A stretch of DNA of 64,000 nucleotides. It comes from Vicugna vicugna (Eukaryota). Positions 50,349 through 63,067 of this stretch are shown piece by piece; within the stretch, counting starts at the first letter, position 1, and every line of letters starts with the position of its first letter. The stretch spans positions 1,158,963 through 1,222,962 of the forward strand of contig MU058781.1 of the NCBI GenBank assembly GCA_013265495.1, read 5' to 3'. Below the pieces are notes generated by a model. It saw nothing but the letters and a program-made list of their open reading frames with translations. It was not told the origin of the DNA and did not search any database. Position numbers and translations under genes: made by a program.

Positions 50349-50764
50349 GCTACTGGAGAACTAACTTCAGACAATCAACAGATAAGTGAGGTCACTCGGT
50401 GTAAAGGACCGTGAGAAGAACTGAAACCACTGAACTGTCTAAGACCTGAACAAATGTGAGAAGTACCGATGAAAGAATAGACTTTTATCATTTTTAAATT
50501 CTGACAAGGTAGACATGATGAGATTAACAAAAATTGAGGTGGGAGGAGGAAAGTAAGAAGTAATACAATTCTGTTTATTTTCGCTTTTGAAAAAAATTTA
50601 GTAGCCTGCGATCAGATGAGGCCATGTAAGCCTGATATATGAAACAACAAACAATAAGTATTCTTAGAGATATAAATACAATCATTAAACATATAATTGA
50701 TTGCAACTGGGCGATAGGAGGGAGTATGTAAGAGAAAGTTAAAGGAAACAAATTTCGATTGCTC

Positions 50765-51262
50765 ATTGCACTTCTGGATAAATATCCAAGGGAAATGAAA
50801 CCAGTATCTCAAAGAGGTATCAGCACACCCATGATCTTTGCAGTGTTATTCAAATCAGCCAAGATATAGAAACAACCCAAGTATCTGTCAAAAGACGAAT
50901 GGATAGAAAGGATGTGATACATACATATATATATATATAGTTTTTTTCATTCATGAGAAAGAAATCGTGCCATTTGCAACAACACGGACAAACCCGGAGG
51001 ACATTTTTCTAAGTGAAAGAAGCCAGACACAGAAAGACAAATACTGTAAGATTTCATTTATATATAGAATCTAAAAATAAAAAATTAAGACAGGAATCAA
51101 ACTTATAGAAGCAGAGAGTTGAACAGAGGTTACCAGGGGCTCGGGTTATAGGGGAAATGGGGAGATGTTGGTTAAAGGGTACAAAGTTGCAGTAATGTAG
51201 AGTAAATAAGTCTGGAGGTCTGCTGAGGACCATACTTAATATTGTACTGAACTCTGGAAATA
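50765..51262 (+). mobile_element. L1MA-type 3' fragment
   Basis: atatccaagggaaatgaaaccagtatctcaaagag..ccatttgcaacaaca..agccagacacagaaagacaaatact..ggggagatgttggttaaagggtacaaagtt. Confidence 0.85.
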
Positions 51263-51628
51263 CACTTCCAGACTTGTCTCCACACCACTGCTTTTTTCTC
51301 ACAATAAAGTTAAGTCCGGCTAAATTGCCTGGCCCGGCACCATGCTCCCCATCCTCTGGGCTTTCCCTCTTCCTGCTGCTTCCATCTATTCTTCCTTTCT
51401 TCTCTGCCCGCCCTCCCCACCTGAAACATTGGTCATGCTTTCAAATCCCACATAAATCCTGTGAAGGACTGCCTGGCCTCTGGAGTCAGAAATACCTTAG
51501 CCTTCCTCTGAGCTTCCATACCATGTTGAATTTCTCTTCCCAGACCCAACCATTCATTAGAGTTATTTGTGTAGACATCTGTATTTTCCTATTGTACATA
51601 GAAGTCCTGCTCAGAGTCAAGATCTGCC

Positions 51629-52618
51629 CGTTGGGAGACAATTCTCCATGGATCCTATGCTTCTGCACATCTTCCAAGCAGAGGCTCAGGCTGCGTTTGT
51701 TTCAGACTCTCTTTGCAAGGATGATTGCTGTGGAGCCAACAGTCTTGGAAGACAGAGGTGGTGTCTTCCCTCAGGGCACACTCAGGCATGCGTACCTCCT
51801 TTAGTTAAAGGTTTAGCCTCCTGAGCTCAGGGTTTCTCTCCTGTAACACACTCCGCGGTATGTACAGACATCATCTGGCCCTCTCTACATGGTCCTTTGG
51901 GAACTGAGGCTCAGGGAACCAAATGCTGATACTATGGCTACTGCTAGTGCTGGGAAAAATCAAGTCTTTTGTCCCTGACCCAACATTGTGAACCCGTGGC
52001 AGACTCTGGCAGACTTTAAAGTAATCTCATGGCACCTGTCTCTTCATATTAATGCCCTGTGATGTCCTTTCCCCTTGAATATGTGTGTAAGAGCTGTGAC
52101 TTGCTCTTAACCAATAGATTTATAGCAAAGGTGACAGGATGTGTGTGATTACACGTACATGATTACGTTACATGTGTTAGAAATATCTGTCTTAAAATTC
52201 TGTCTGTCTTCACTTGCTGGCCTTGAAGAAACAAATGGCCATTCTGGGAAGGTCCACATAGCAAGGAACTGAAGGCAGCCTCTGGCTGAGAACCGGCAAG
52301 AACTGAGGCGCTCAGTCTCCAGCCTGCTAGACACTGAATGCTGCCACCAACCACGTAAGCTTGGGAGCGGATCCTTTCCTAGTTGAGCCTCAGCTAAGAA
52401 CCCTGTCCTGACTAATATCTACATTTCAGCCTGGCAGAGGACTCAGCTAAGCAAGACCTAAACTTAGAACCCAAAGAATCTGTGAAATAATAGGTGTGTC
52501 TTGCTTTGAGCCACGAATTCTGTGGTACTATTGTTCCTGAGCAGTTGATAATTAATAACAGGCTAATTTGGTAGCTTTCAAGTAGGGTGAAATGTCAGGC
52601 CCTTCCGAGTTCTTGACT
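51629..52618 (+). mobile_element. ERVL 5' LTR (LTR40-like), split by a nested MaLR
   Basis: Starts gttgggagacaattctccatgg; aaatgctgatactatggctactgct; resumes after the insertion with ggctaatttggtagctt.caagtagggt..agttcttgac. Confidence 0.75.
52005..52558 (+). mobile_element. MaLR LTR (MLT1E-like) nested in the ERVL LTR
   Basis: ctgtgacttgctcttaaccaataga..gcaaaggtgacagga, gctggccttgaagaa, gcaaggaactga, actgaatgctgcca.caaccacgt.agcttgg. Confidence 0.85.
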
Positions 52619-53500
52619 GTTTTAGCAACAAGGATTGGATGCTGATAGACATATAGTTTTCTGGGAGAAGAAGTAGGTTCTTGTGGGATAATTGATGGGA
52701 ACTGAAGAAAGTCTGGATATTGGCAGCAAACATGGTGACCAAATTGTCAACCAGGCCATAAATGATCCTCTACTTCCTTACCTGTTAATGAAGAGAAGTT
52801 GTCCCCAGTCCTCAACCTACTGTTACAGGCCAGCTCCCAAGAGGCAGGTTCTAAGGCAGCCGGCTGAACAGCGTCCTGGTTGTTGCCAACTCTCCTGCCG
52901 GAAGGGGAGCCTCCTCACCAGCCTGCCATTCGGCCTCCTGGCTGACTCACTGTGACAGCGAACGCCAAGCTTCATCCTGGTGGGGCTGAAAGTGCTGACT
53001 TCTATCTGGCAACAGTTAGAGACAGAGACAGGGACAGCCACTTACATGATGCATAAAAGGAGGGAAAATTGCAATTACCACAGACAGAAATCCATAGTCT
53101 CATGGTCATACCTAAAAATATGGCATGTAGCTCTTTGGGGGAAGTTTTATTCCTCACTCCATCACCAAAAGCAAAGCTGATGCCCAAAGGACCCCTTGGA
53201 CATGAGCCTGGTTCACAGATAAGTGAGCTAAATGGAAGCCCAACTGTGTCCACTGAGCTGCTGCAGCTGTCCAGCCTCAATGTCACTTTTTGAAGAACCA
53301 AAAATGCACATGCTGGCTCTGATCAGTGGGCATAACTCAAGTCCACTCTCACAGTTCTAGCCACCATTCCCCTTGAGGAACTATGTTGTATTTTCACTGG
53401 CTCTCAGGCTGGAGCCAATGGCCTAAGTTTTTGGTCTGCACACTTGGAAAACTGTAGACTGGCAGATTAAAGACACCAAAGAATGACATATCACTCCCAA
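52619..53500 (+). mobile_element. Decayed ERVL internal region: PBS plus pol (connection/RNase H) remnant
   Basis: PBS-like tagcaacaaggattggat (52623-52640). Translated motifs AWFTD (53206), SDQWA*LK (53318), CCIFTGSQAGANGL (53384) and DWQIKDT (53457), with stop and frameshifts. Confidence 0.8.
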
Positions 53501-56500
53501 GATACATGTGCCCAAACGAAATACTCAACATAGCCTGCCTGTTCATTTCAGGTATCATGAAAGTTTTCCCAATCCCACGGCCAAACTGACAATGGCTTGA
53601 TCTCTAACCCTGCTAAAATTAACGCATCAATGTCCGGTACAGTTCATCTTATGCACGTCAAAAATTCTATTCTCATTCTCTCTCTCTTTCTCATTTTTCT
53701 GTCTCCTACTGTCTTTGCATTCTTAAGATTGTCTGCAGACTAAGAAAAAATAATGATGACATTTGAGTGCTGAGTTAAAGACTTATCAGACTACCTCCAA
53801 CAATAACTTCATGGAACATCATAAAACGTTAAGAGGAAAAGTGGATTTCTTTATTCCATATAAACTGTTGGCTCCTGAGATAGAATGCTTGCTGATCTCC
53901 CCACCTTATAAAAGAATTAGAAAGGCAATAGGTTGTCTATTATTAAGTAGGTTGTTTAAGCTTTCATTTAAAAAAAATAATTATCAGTGAATCAAAATTG
54001 ATTTTAAAAGATGATTCATCTCAGTTCAGCATCAATCAGATCAGCATCCTCCGGCCACCGTCCTAGAAGATACGATCCAGTGTGAAGTGGCTTGAGATAG
54101 ACAGAGGTAGACTGGGGCCACAACCAGTTGGGCGATGTCTGAAGGAGGACACGCACTGCCCAGCAGCAAGCCGTCCAGCGAGAGTGACCCAGCACTGGGC
54201 TGCCTTCTGCCTTCCCCCCAGACTGGGGGGGACCGTGCAGATGGCTAGCCACTGTCCTCGATTCCATCTGTCCAGAACAACACTGCTCACTGACGGTCTT
54301 CCTGGGCTGCGGGATGAGAGGAGCGATGTCCGTAGTCCAATCACATCACTCCCAAGGAAGCAGCCACATGCCTTTGCAGATCCATGAGAGGTGGCCTTTC
54401 TTTTTGTCCCCTGACTCTCTGTATCAAGTACCTGAGAGCGGTTCAGAAGAGAGGTGGGGAGAGGGAAACGCTCTTGCGTTCTGCCCAGAAGTGCTGAAAT
54501 TACCCCTTCTCCGCCCCACTGGGGCCCTGGGACGCTTCCTTAATTAGGGTTTGTCAAATTCTTTGAAAACCTTCAGATGAAAGTTGCTGAAGAAGCACCA
54601 GCTGGTGATTACTGTCACTTATCATGTTCACAGGGTCAAAGTTTCTCACGCAACTTGGGGTCTCAAGCAACTCTCCTTAAAAATGTCTAGTCCCCTTTTC
54701 AGTGATTTCCAATTCTGGGCTCTACTGGAAGCACACGCAAGGAAAAATCGCAGGTGAGCGTGTGCTTGGTAGTCAGACTTTATAACCGTGACATCAGCTG
54801 CGGCCTGAAAAACCATACTCCCCGGGTAAGCCCTGCAAACCCTCCCCACCCTCTCACTGTTACTTCGTTTCTATTTGGACTGTTTCCATTTCCACGAGCA
54901 GTTCTGCTTTGCAGTTACACCCTTAGGACAGACAGGTGTGTGGCTATCTTCTCCTTATTGTTCCTCTTGCCAGGGAGGGTACTTTTCTTGGCACTTGTTG
55001 ATTTTACTGATGTGTCTTAGGGCACCTGCGAAATCAGCATCTTGGAAGCAACTGTTTGCTGCCCGAAAACTAAGCATCACGGTAGTAAAGCCCCAGAACC
55101 ACTGAGCCCCAGAGCCCGCCTCCTTCTGCTGCGACAAGGGTCCCATCTCACTCCCTGCTGGAAAGCAATTACAACAAGCAAGGATTCAGAAAGAGCTGAA
55201 GCCTGAAGATCGCTCTGATAAGCAACGAAAGCCGAGCACACCTGCCAGCATACTGCTGGTACGGCAGGGAACGGAAGGCAAGTGGCGAGCTGGGGTCCCC
55301 CAGACTTAACGGGAGTCTGTGCCAAACAAGGTAAAGGGCGGAGAAAAGAAACAGCTTCTTGAGTCCTCTGCTGGGACGTTTTCAGATGCTGTAGTGAAGA
55401 CCAAAGAACAGTTTGGGACCCATCTAACCCTGACCAAAGTTGATTTTCCATCCAGCAGCTGCCCTGCCCAAGCCCTAGGGGGGCGCACGCCCCGTCTCAC
55501 AAAGCGCCTTTGCTAAATTTGGTACCATAACCCCTGGGGGGCTTTTCTTTAAACTTTTCCCAGGAGTGCCTGCATTCTCCCCCCATCTTCCCCAGAGTTT
55601 TCTTTTGTTCGAAACTGCAACCTCATTTTTCGTAACCTCGTGAATGAAAAACCAGGAATATTTATTTTAGAAAGAATTTGGGTTATGGAAGAGGCCACAT
55701 TTGTTGATTTCTTAAATAAAGCTGAAGTTCCCTCTCCATTACTGTATGGTAAACCCTAGGGCTCAATTCAGATAAGTGTGCCGTGTTTCACTGCCAAAAA
55801 AAAATCCGTTTTTTCCTTCAGTCACCGTAAACCAACCACCCTAGAAAAACCTGCTTTGTTGTCCTCAAGGAGCTATTATTGTTCAGAATATTTTACATGT
55901 AAGTGAACCCTGAGAGTTGTTCTTCCTTTCTTTGATAATTTGTCACTGGGAACTTCCGTTTTTATTTATTCTTCCATCTCTAGCACCTGAGTACTTCTGG
56001 GATCTGCAGGAGTACATATTGAAATATGCAAATAGTATATAGCAAGTGAGTGTCAGATGCATGGAAATTAAATCAAGTACAGGGGGGAGAAAGAAGCAGA
56101 GTGCATTAAAGCTAACTTTATGGCCCCAAGCTGTAGATAAATTGTGGTCTGTGGTAGTTAAACAACAGCTGTTCGGATTTAAAATAAAATTATGATAAGG
56201 ATCCCCAGAAGATAACACTTCTTGAGGTAACAGCATTTACCTAAATGCATCTGTTAGCAACCAGCTCTGACAAGAGTGTTTATGTGAAAGTTTATTCCCA
56301 TTTGCTCATTCTCGTTTCCAGTGGACAGCGGTTCTCAGGGAGTGAAATTTACACTTAGGTTCCAGTCCAACCACTCCGTCCACGTCTAGGCAGGTAAATT
56401 TCTGCGTCAGCTGGTTATGGTCCATCATGGCCGAGAGAATGTCGTCGAGAAAGACAACACAGTGCTGTGGTGCAGGGAGAAAAGAGCAGGGCTACCCCTC

Positions 56501-57257
56501 TTTTATCAGGGGCTCACTCAGCCAAGCCCAGTCTTCCTTACACTCGGTGAGCAGCCTTTCTTTAAGAGCTTTACACCCAATAAAGTGTAAACTTTTATAT
56601 ATTTTTCTTCATTTATTGTGCAAGAGTTTTATGGCAGACACATAGGAAACCACCCAGACGGAACTTGTAAGAGTGGCAACTGACATTTCCCACGACACCT
56701 CGAACCTGTGCTCAACTTCAAACCACTCTGCTAATTTTCTCTCTTTCCTGACTTGCTCCATCTTTTACTCTCTCAAGATCTTCATCTCTGTCCCCTCCCA
56801 TCACCTTCACCTCCATCGGACGCCCTCAAGTGCATGTCCATAGCAGATAGGTTGTCTACCTAAAAATAGATCTCTCTTCCTACATGGTCCTCAGTAAATA
56901 AAATATTTGCCCAAGCTAAAAGAATGCATAAATTCTTTAAACAACTTATACTTCATTTGAAACATGATATTAATTTATATGCTTTAAGGATATTCAAGAA
57001 ATCAATTTTGAACTAAAAGCTTTCCCACAAAGCTACATATATAGAGACAAAATGCACTTGTAGAAGCAGCCTTTTTCCATGCCCTGGTGCTAAGAAAAAC
57101 CTTAATTCAGGGTTTTCAAACACAAATGGACATTGGAAACACTTTGCATTTTTCAAATGAATTTTTAAAAAGTGGGTTAATAAGGAAAGATTATTGTTAT
57201 TAAAATAACAGAAAAATTTTAGAAATGAAATTAACTTTGTAAAATCTGTCAGTGAAA

Positions 57258-57790
57258 GTCCTGTGCATGTGCCCAAGGAGACATTGTCAAGAATTTTCAT
57301 AGCAGCATTGCTAAGTAATGAAAAACTGAAAATATGCTAAACCTCCATCAAGGATACAATGTATAAAAAACTGTGATGTATTTACGAAAAATTAAAAATA
57401 GTTAATTAAACATTGTATACATCAGCATGAATAAATCCCCAGAGCATAAAGTTGAAGGGAGACAGCGAGCTGGAAAGACAATTACCGTTCAGTAATATTT
57501 ATATAAAGTTTAAAAATACGTGCAAAAGAGTACTATGAATTGCTTATTAACATTAACGTATATTATAAAAATATAGCAATACATACGGAGATGGTAGGCA
57601 CCAAGTTCAGGAAACTAATGATCTCAATTTGGGAGGGATGAGAACAGGGCAAAAGGGTAGGGGCCTTAACTGGACGTGTAATGGTTTATTTTTCAAGCTG
57701 AGTGATGAGTACTTTGCTGTTCATTACATTATTCAATGTGGTTTTTTTTTTCTTTTTAACTAAAAACATTTCATAACTTGAAAATAAAAA
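57258..57790 (+). mobile_element. Old L1 (L1ME-type) 3' fragment
   Basis: catgtgcccaaggagaca..aagaattttcatagcagcattg..atttatataaagtttaaaaa..caccaagttcagga..tttcataa. Confidence 0.75.
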
Positions 57791-57881
57791 TGCCATCTGT
57801 CAGCCCCTAATACAGCCTTTGTAACTTCCCACTAAGATATATAAATGACGGTAAATAAAAAGAAAATTTCGAAATAATGTT

Positions 57882-58262
57882 TGTATTAGTTTGCTGGGGC
57901 TGCCATAAATGAAATACACAGACTAGGTCACTTAAACCACAGAAGTTTATCTTCTCACAATTCTGGAGGCTGGAAGTCCAAGACCAAAGTGTTGGCAAGC
58001 TGGTTAATTCTGAGGCCTCTCTCCTTGGCGTGCGGATATTTGCTGTGTCCTCGCGTGGTCGTTCCTGATGTCTCTTTGTGTGTCTGAATTTCTTCGTCTT
58101 ATCAGGACACTAATCATCTTGCACTGGGGCTCCGTCCACATGACTTCATTTAACCAACATTACCTCTGTGAGGACCCTGTGTCCGAACAGAGTCACATTC
58201 TGAGCTACTGGGGGTTAGAACTTCATCGTATGAATTTGGGGAATACAATTTGGCCTGTAACA
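57882..58262 (-). mobile_element. MaLR solo LTR (MLT1B-like) with 5-bp TSD ATGTT
   Basis: tgtattagtttgctggggctgcca..ctcacaattctggaggctggaagtccaaga..gtcacattctgag..gggggttag..tgtaaca; atgtt at 57877-57881 and 58263-58267. Confidence 0.9.
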
Positions 58263-58889
58263 ATGTTGAAATCTAAGATCCATAGACAGTTGATTCCTAG
58301 AATCTGAAAGGAAATAATAGTTATTATAGGGAAAGTGGAGCAGTTTGAAAAAAACAGTCAGTAGGTTATCCACGTTCCATCCCAGGACTTTTAAGCTGCA
58401 CTGCTCCACACAACCCCGAGGCAGTGAGAAGATGCTTCACCTCTCAGCACGCATTCTTGCCCGAGAAGCAAGGTCTTTGTGTCGTGTTTTCTATCTCCTG
58501 AGAATGCTAAGCGATTTTCTAAAAAAAAAAAAAATTATTGCCTGAAATAGGTAATTTTTTGTACTCCTCTGGGACTTCAAAGTGATGATTTCCCCCCCTT
58601 AATTCTGCAATATTTTTCCATACACCTCCTGTTGGTATGTTTCTGTTTTCTCATTTTCAGAAAAAGATAAGTCTTGTCAGACAGAGATAGAATCTTATTC
58701 TACCCTCACTGCCCCCGTCCCCAGTAACGTTTATCCTGGGCCAATGAAGCACATGGAAAACTCCATTTCCCAGAACACACTGTACCTGAGGAGGACTACA
58801 TCTCCCAGGATGCAATGGACCTCTTCAAGTCTTCCCAGCTGCCTGCACCGTTTTTGTTTGTTTTTCAGTTACAGTCTCTAAATGGATAT

Positions 58890-59090
58890 ACAAAGTGTAA
58901 AGGCAGAAATATCATCTGCAATGGAACAAAAATCAGGCTGTCTTCAGATTTCTTCCCATTAGCCCTAAATGCCAGAATACAGTGGAACATTGTTTACAGG
59001 ATTTTGAAAGAGGGGGGGAAAAAAACCCTATGATCCTTGAATTTATACCCTGCCAAGTTTTATTTGATGGCAGAAGGCAACAGAAAGAAC
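58890..59090 (+). mobile_element. Ancient L1/HAL1 ORF1 fragment
   Basis: Translates KIRLSSDFFPLALNARIQWNIVYRILKE..LYPAK, resembling L1 ORF1p IRLTADFS..LQARREW..IF.ILKE..YPAKL. Confidence 0.75.
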
Positions 59091-60389
59091 CTCTGTCGTG
59101 GGGCAGTTTATTGGTCTTTTCTAATTAAACAAAACCATAACTTTGCTTTTTCAATATACATTTTAAAGATGCAGGAAAAATCATTACCCGACAATGTTGT
59201 TTTCACATTGATTCTGCAGCCAAAGAACAGAGCTTTCCTCTGCAGTGCTTCACCCAACTCTTCCTTTGCTGCTTCGGATGCTGTTAATTTCCCAGCATCA
59301 GAAATGCTTTTTAAGCTGCATGTTCTAAATTCTTGACTTCTTTGATAATCACTTGAAACAGGAAACAATGCTGTTCTGTGCCAGCATTTACTAACAATGA
59401 CCAAACTTTTCACAGGGCTGATATCAAAAGTGCTCTTTTTGCCCTGCACAAAAGCAAAACCAGCAACGCCAGCATAAAGGCCATTTTCATTGCCAGGTTT
59501 CTTGGATATTGATTTTTTTGTGTGCATCTTTAAAATGTATATTGAGAAGCCTAAGTATAGTTTTATATATATAATTAGTAAACACCAATAAACTGGCCTA
59601 TATATTTTTCTGACACAAATCTCTATTACTGTCTTCTTTCTAAGACCTGGGAATATTTCTACTTGCGTATGATTTTAAAACAGTATATTCAACAGCATTG
59701 TCAGGCTTCCTTTGCAAAGAACAAAATCCACTCGAGCTAGTTTAGAAGAAGCAGGTTTACTGTGAGTTTTAAACAGGTTACCGGATTGTTGGGAAAGCTG
59801 GAGAAACACCCTCTGGGTTAGCGTCAGGAATGAATCCTGAAGTCACAAAACTCAGCCAGCAGAGGAGCCTCTTCTGTGACGAGGAAGGCTCGTCCCAAAG
59901 GAGGAAGCAACCACCTCCTGAGCTTCACCACCGCCATCCCAACCAAGAAGACTGCTGTTGTCTCCACCAGCAGGTGGACCCCCTCTCCACCCGCCCCCCC
60001 CAACCCTGGGCTGCAACAGCAATTAAGACTCTTACAGATGCTGCAGCAGAAAAACCAATTTCCCGCCCATCCGTGCTTGTAGGAAAATGAAGCAGCAGAA
60101 ACACAGCCTCTTTGTCAGTTTCACCTTCCAAATCTTAGGTGAGTGCATCGAATTCACTACTTTCCAGAACATCAATTATACTCAGAATCTTAGATACAAG
60201 GGATTCTGAGAAATAGACCAGAATGCACCCTAGAACAGGTTGGAAAGGATATTGAGTCTATCATAATCACAATAATACAACCCTAATTGTATTCTTAAAT
60301 ATATGGTAAAAAAAGATTAAGGAAATACCATGATTCTAATGGTCCATTAGAACTGCTTGTAACTGAAGATAAGGGTTACAATGGTAATA

Positions 60390-60630
60390 ATATTAGTAAT
60401 AGTAATATTAATTGCTTACATCTGATTTCATGCCATGTGCCAGCCAATATTCCATATGCGTTATGGGCATTACACCGTTTAATCCTAACAGCCCTAAGGC
60501 ATGTGCTCTTTCTGGCCTCAATTTACAAATGAGAGAGCTGCGGCATCGACAGGTGAGTAATACGCTCAAGGTCACATACTGCTGAGGGATGGAACCAAGA
60601 GTCTAACCTGGACAGTTCCCCCCCCGCCCC
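60390..60630 (-). mobile_element. MIR SINE
   Basis: ccatgtgccagcca..tttaatcctaacagccct..tttacaaatgagagagctgcggca..caaggtcaca. Confidence 0.75.
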
Positions 60631-62379
60631 GAGACTGCCTCTCTGCTGGATATTTTATTCAGTAGTTCTGAGGTGGCGTCCAGGAGGCTAGGCTTTTAAT
60701 AAGCTCTCCAGGGTGATTTTCATGGACAGCAAAGTTTTAATAATCTCCAGTATCTTTCAGTTTTAGATAACCAGCATGTATGAGTTTTATAACAACGGAT
60801 GTAATTCTGCATGCATCATATGATCACTGCCAGGTAAATAATCCGCATACAGCAAAAGGCCTGAAAGTGTTACCAGGGGTGATCTCTGTGTAGTGAAAAG
60901 AGTGAGTGGTGTTTTCCCGTCTTCTCCGTTTTGTATTTTCCAAGTGCTCCACTATAAGCATAATTTTATTTCATGTCTACCTTGGTCAAGTTCGATCTAT
61001 CCATCCAGAGACCATTCACACTGGCATCCCAGGGTTAAAGATGTAATCTCTTTTTGCTTGTTTTCTTTTTTCTTTTCATTTCTTTTTTCTTTCCCTTTCC
61101 AGTGCATTTTAGTTTAAAATCCAGAGTGGAAATGGTAACTTAAAATTTCCTAGTCTTTTGACCAGCCTAAGACAAGAAGGACAAAATAGTGACCACATCA
61201 ACTTGAGGATTTTATTTGTATTTAATACATTAGAGATCGTTGAAAAAAAAATTGAGAAGTCGATTCTGAACGTGTACATCAATACTTGTTGATCACACTT
61301 TATCTAATTCCCTCTTTTTCCTGACGACCTCCATCCCTCCCCATCTGTAAATGCAAATGGGACCTCACCGTGCTGTGGGTGTGCTGATTTCAAGAGCACA
61401 GCTCACGGGAGAAGGACAGCCAGCCCCGTGCCCTGGTCCAGTCCAGCTGCGTCACAGGCTCGAGCTCATAGCATGCTTGGCATCCACGGCTTCCACGAGC
61501 CCACTCAGCAGCCCTAATACATCATCCAAGCAAACATTAATATTTTACCTCAGTTATCAAGTGTGCCCGTTCAAACTTTTATCTAAAACATTCTTTATCA
61601 TCTTTCCATTAAGTTCTCAAGAGCTAATGGTTTCTGAGTTCCTTGGGTAAGGATGATGTTCTGAATAATGAAAGCTCATTATTTCTCCACAGAATGCTTG
61701 TTAATTCAAATGATGATATTAAAACTATAGTAGCCTTTAGCACTGGGGTGATTTCTAGCATACTTTATCATGTATCAATATATACTCTGTTTGTCAAAAC
61801 TGCCCAGGGCTGGGGCTGACATTCTCTCTGGAGGAGTCTAGTGCTTCAAAAGGCACTGAATACACCAAGGTGACAACTGGCAGAGTTTGCGCCTCTAGGA
61901 AATGGAAAGATGAAACTTGAGTGCCACCGCCTCCCTTGATTCCCTCGTTAGTATTCATAAAGAGACCGCGCCCTCCTCTCCCTGCTCCTCACAGGTCTCC
62001 CTTTTGAATGGAATAAAAGGAAATCAATATTTTGAAAAGGAAGCCCACGTAGGGGGCTCTACACATGAGGCGTTATTTATTTCCATTTAACCGATCCCAA
62101 AATAATCTGCACACACACACACACAAAGACTGGTTTAGTGAGACACACATACCCAGATGGCACTCAACGCAGTGCTTAAGGTGGTTATGAGATTCCCGGG
62201 CAAAAAGGTGTTGGTCCTCTGGGCTGTTTTTAATAGGGCATTATTTTGTTTCGGGTCTCTTTAAATACATCTTACTTGATCTCACCCCAGTTTCTACAAC
62301 CAAGCAGATTCCCACAGCCGCAATATTGCTGTAAGCTTCTTGACTGGGTCCCCTCTTGTCCAGTTTCCACAGCAGGATA

Positions 62380-62855
62380 CAGGCACGTATCTCGTTTTAT
62401 TGCTCTGTTCTACTCTGCTTCGCACATAGAGCTTTTTTTTTTTTTTTAACACGTTGAAACTTTATGGCAACCCTGCATCCACCAAGTCTACCGGCGCCAC
62501 TTTTCCAACAGCATCGGCTCACGCCACGTCTCTATGTCAGACTTTGGTAGTTCTCACAATATTTAAAGATTTTTATTATTGTTGTATTAGTTTTGGTGAC
62601 CTGTGATCGGTGATCTTTGATGTTCCTATTGCAAAAAGATGAAGGCTTGGACGGTGCTTGGCATTTGTTCAGCAGGAACATTTTTAGTGTAAGTGCATTT
62701 TTTAGACATAGTGCCCTTGCACACTTCCTAGTGTAAATATAGCTTTTTTATATGCACTGGGAAAGCAAGACATTCATGTGGCTCGTTTCACTGTAATGTT
62801 TGCTCTATTGTGGTGGGTCTGGAACCGGACCTGTAATATCTCCAAGGTCTGCCTG
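62380..62855 (+). mobile_element. Tigger1 internal-deletion derivative (TcMar MITE-like)
   Basis: Termini caggca.. / ..tgcctg, preceded by TA. Tigger1 left end (ggcaaccctgc..aagtctaccggcgcca..tttccaacagca) is fused at ctattg|caaaaagat to the right end (tgcactgggaaa..ctggaaccg). Confidence 0.9.
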
Positions 62856-62929
62856 TGCTTCTAATGTTGACAAACCCACACTCCTCCCCTTCTTACCCTT
62901 TTAATTAAAAGGTTATATATAAATGAGGT

Positions 62930-63067
62930 GGGGGAGGGTATAGCTCAAGTGGTAAGGTACGTGCCTAGTATGTACCAGGTCCTGGGTTCAATCCTCAGTA
63001 CTTCCATTAAAAAAGTAATTAAATAAACCTAATTACCTACCCCCCTCCAAAAAAATAAAACAAAAAT
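62930..63067 (+). mobile_element. Camelid tRNA-derived SINE (vic-1 type)
   Basis: ggggagggtatagctcaagtggta (A box)..gtcctgggttcaatcctcagtac (B box), aataaacctaattacct.cccc, A-rich tail; imperfect TSD ataaatgag / atacatgag. Confidence 0.85.

Noticed and set aside
55471..55490. CTCF-like motif ccctaggggggcgc
   Set aside because: Mismatches at several informative positions; cannot be supported without ChIP data.
59778..60139. Exon-like segment ending in TAG|gtgagt with overlapping short ORFs
   Set aside because: It appears to lie in an old antisense MaLR-like remnant, which commonly supplies cryptic splice signals; no coding support.
62930..63005. tRNA-like sequence with A and B boxes
   Set aside because: It continues into a SINE body and A-rich tail with a TSD and shows no intact cloverleaf; it is a SINE, not a tRNA gene.
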